Shown: piece after piece, positions 62,152 through 64,000 of the stretch | How the letters are laid out: the number at the start of each line of letters is the position of its first letter | Position numbering within the stretch: position 1 is the first letter of the stretch | From: a virus | Direction: 5' to 3' (one strand) | Length of the DNA stretch: 64,000 nucleotides | IMG/VR virus record: IMGVR_UViG_3300048672_000512 | Location: 96,001 to 160,000 of that record | Position numbers and translations under genes: made by a program | Notes under the pieces: model-generated | The model's input: the letters and a program-made list of their open reading frames with translations, nothing else | Database searches by the model: none | Told to the model about the DNA's origin: nothing

Positions 62152-63654
62152 ATGGCATCGATAGTAGACAACAAGGCAATGCCGATCATCGACTACGCAA
62201 TGTCCTCTGCAGAACTACAGTTCGGTAACGAGGATTCTTCCATAGCTTTGGATCTATCTGGAAAAGAGTACAAGCATGCATACACAACGCTGCTGAAGCT
62301 TAGCAGGAAGTACGCTACTGGATTCAGAGGAAAATTCACTGGTGGTGTAGTGTGTTATGAAAATCGAGCTTCTGCAGACTACCTTGAGATTGATCTATGG
62401 CGGTTTATGGAAAACGAAAAACCGCTAGGTAAAGCACGCTTCTACCTGAACCATTCAGGAGAAAAGTTCTACCTGAACTACGCTGGAAATCCAACGAAGT
62501 TTGCACTGTTGCCTAGCATGCCGGAAATGCAAGGACAGAACGTGCGTGCTATATCCTGCAGAAGCAAGCGCACGTCATCAGTAATCATAAGTGTCTTTCA
62601 AGCGCTGCATGCTGGAATTCTGAAGGATATCGGAGTAGCGATATTCTCTGCGGCTACCATAGAGAGAATAAGCCGTGGAGATCTGCGTATTCAGAAGCTG
62701 GATCTAGCATACTGGCTCTTTCCAAAAGTAAACTCTGCGCCGAAAGTGCGACTGTTCATGGATCATGTAAGAGCAATGTACGGGTCTGTTCGCTATTCGT
62801 CAGGAGCTAGACTTTCACTAGCTGAACTGGTTGGTGTTCGCTTCAAGGATCTTGGAAGCGAAGGTAAGGGTTTCAGCTTGGTTAGGCTGACAACAAGAAA
62901 GAACAACAGGCCAGACGAAAAGTTTCGAGTAACATTCTACGACAAGGAATCTGAAGTCAAGGAAACCAAGTCTCAACCAGTAGCAGCTGAAGACGTAGAC
63001 ACATGCGGTGTTAGGTGGGATCTGAGAATAGATGGAAAGCAGTTGCTTTCCAAGTCAAAGCAGATTCTCTCTGAAATGTCAGGAGAGTTCAAGGTGTGTT
63101 CTCTCGACGTGCTGTTTCCATCGGATGTTTCCGTAACGCTAGATGCTTGCCGAAAGCTGACCGAGCTGATTCTGGAAGACCTAGCCTGGGACTTCATTGC
63201 TACTCCTATGAGTGTAGAAACTGTAGACAGTAGAGTAAGCCTTGACGAAACTGGTGTGCTGAAAAAGTGGAAGGATGAAAGCGCAGATGCAGACTACTGG
63301 CTAGATAAGTATAGCAGCGTGAACAGCTGGTGGTATGGGCTGATTGATGCAAGAAAAAGTCACATACCAAGACACGTCAGCAGAATAAAGAAACAGCACG
63401 GAATAGACATTCGCTATCCATATTGCGCATACATAGCTTTGTGGCTAGCGTTTACAGACAACATGAAGTCGTTAGCCGACAAACTGACTCTTGAAAGTTT
63501 CATGTATCGTCTGCCGGCAATGAATGAAAAGGAATTCATGCAAGAGTTCAAGCACCTGAAGACAATAGCACGAAATCTGCAAGTGAGTGAAAGAGAGAAG
63601 CTGAGCTTTCTAAAAGCTCTATCTTTGGAAAACGCAACCTACGTAGAGGAGTGA
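62152..63654 (+). CDS. Putative Rep_trans-like replication initiation protein (500 aa)
   Basis: AAAGGT RBS before ATG 62152; ordered motifs GNPTKF / IQKLDLAY / FRVTFYDKESE / GVRWDLRI resemble the Rep_trans GNP, RxDxA, RIYxK and RxE motifs. Confidence 0.45.
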   Translation: MASIVDNKAMPIIDYAMSSAELQFGNEDSSIALDLSGKEYKHAYTTLLKLSRKYATGFRGKFTGGVVCYENRASADYLEIDLWRFMENEKPLGKARFYLNHSGEKFYLNYAGNPTKFALLPSMPEMQGQNVRAISCRSKRTSSVIISVFQALHAGILKDIGVAIFSAATIERISRGDLRIQKLDLAYWLFPKVNSAPKVRLFMDHVRAMYGSVRYSSGARLSLAELVGVRFKDLGSEGKGFSLVRLTTRKNNRPDEKFRVTFYDKESEVKETKSQPVAAEDVDTCGVRWDLRIDGKQLLSKSKQILSEMSGEFKVCSLDVLFPSDVSVTLDACRKLTELILEDLAWDFIATPMSVETVDSRVSLDETGVLKKWKDESADADYWLDKYSSVNSWWYGLIDARKSHIPRHVSRIKKQHGIDIRYPYCAYIALWLAFTDNMKSLADKLTLESFMYRLPAMNEKEFMQEFKHLKTIARNLQVSEREKLSFLKALSLENATYVEE

Positions 63655-63657
63655 ATC

Positions 63658-63804
63658 ATGAGTGTGGAAATCAACTATTGGATATTTGCATTACGTGTGT
63701 TAATTCTTTTGCTACCCGCTATTGTCTTGTGGATTCTGGATCTCGCAGCAGCCGCGCATAGTGTAGTTTACCGATTCATGGGTTGGCTTGCTGACAACGA
63801 CTAA
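63658..63804 (+). CDS. 48-aa membrane peptide (not in track)
   Basis: GAGGAG RBS; MSVEINYWIFALRVLILLLPAIVLWILDL. Confidence 0.6.
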   Translation: MSVEINYWIFALRVLILLLPAIVLWILDLAAAAHSVVYRFMGWLADND

Positions 63805-63841
63805 TTTAACATGAAGGTCCACTGTGAGTAAGGATAAAACC

Positions 63842-64000
63842 ATGCCAAATTCCTGTCATGACTACAGGTTTGTTTACGCAAATGGTAGCGGTAGCAAACA
63901 GAAGACTTCAAGGCTGAAGTCTGGTGACATGTTCAAAAGCCCGAACAACGAGGTTCGCCTCAAGGTGATAGTGCCGTCCTGTGACGATGAATATGGACTT
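63842..64000 (+). CDS. Hypothetical protein, partial
   Basis: AAGGA RBS; open to the window end. Confidence 0.55.
   Translation, partial: MPNSCHDYRFVYANGSGSKQKTSRLKSGDMFKSPNNEVRLKVIVPSCDDEYGL

Overview
64 kb of a large (jumbo-type) contractile-tailed phage genome. The capsid, portal and terminase sequences look to me like those of the RSL1/Lu11/PaBG-like proteobacterial jumbo phages (recollection, not a search result). Bases 1-46.7 kb are almost entirely minus-strand. They carry portal (with intein, cut by the window edge), large terminase (with LAGLIDADG intein), DnaB-like helicase, UvsW-like helicase, a beta-clamp-like protein, a type IB topoisomerase, baseplate/tail genes, tail tube, sheath, major capsid and scaffold. 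Interspersed are eight ORFs with protein-modifying-enzyme signatures: a kinase plus pseudokinase, 3 GNAT-like and 3 ADP-ribosyltransferase-like proteins. From 46.9 kb the genes switch to the plus strand: small early-type ORFs behind a repeated sigma70-like promoter with TGTTACA/TGTAACA boxes, an OmpA-domain exported protein, and a Rep_trans-like protein next to a 72-bp element that recurs inverted 26 kb away. The best-supported hidden feature is a 297-nt group I intron without an ORF that splits the tail tube gene after codon 14; the ORF track misses it. No tRNA, rRNA or CRISPR array was found. Functional calls come from motifs read by eye and gene order; no searches were run.
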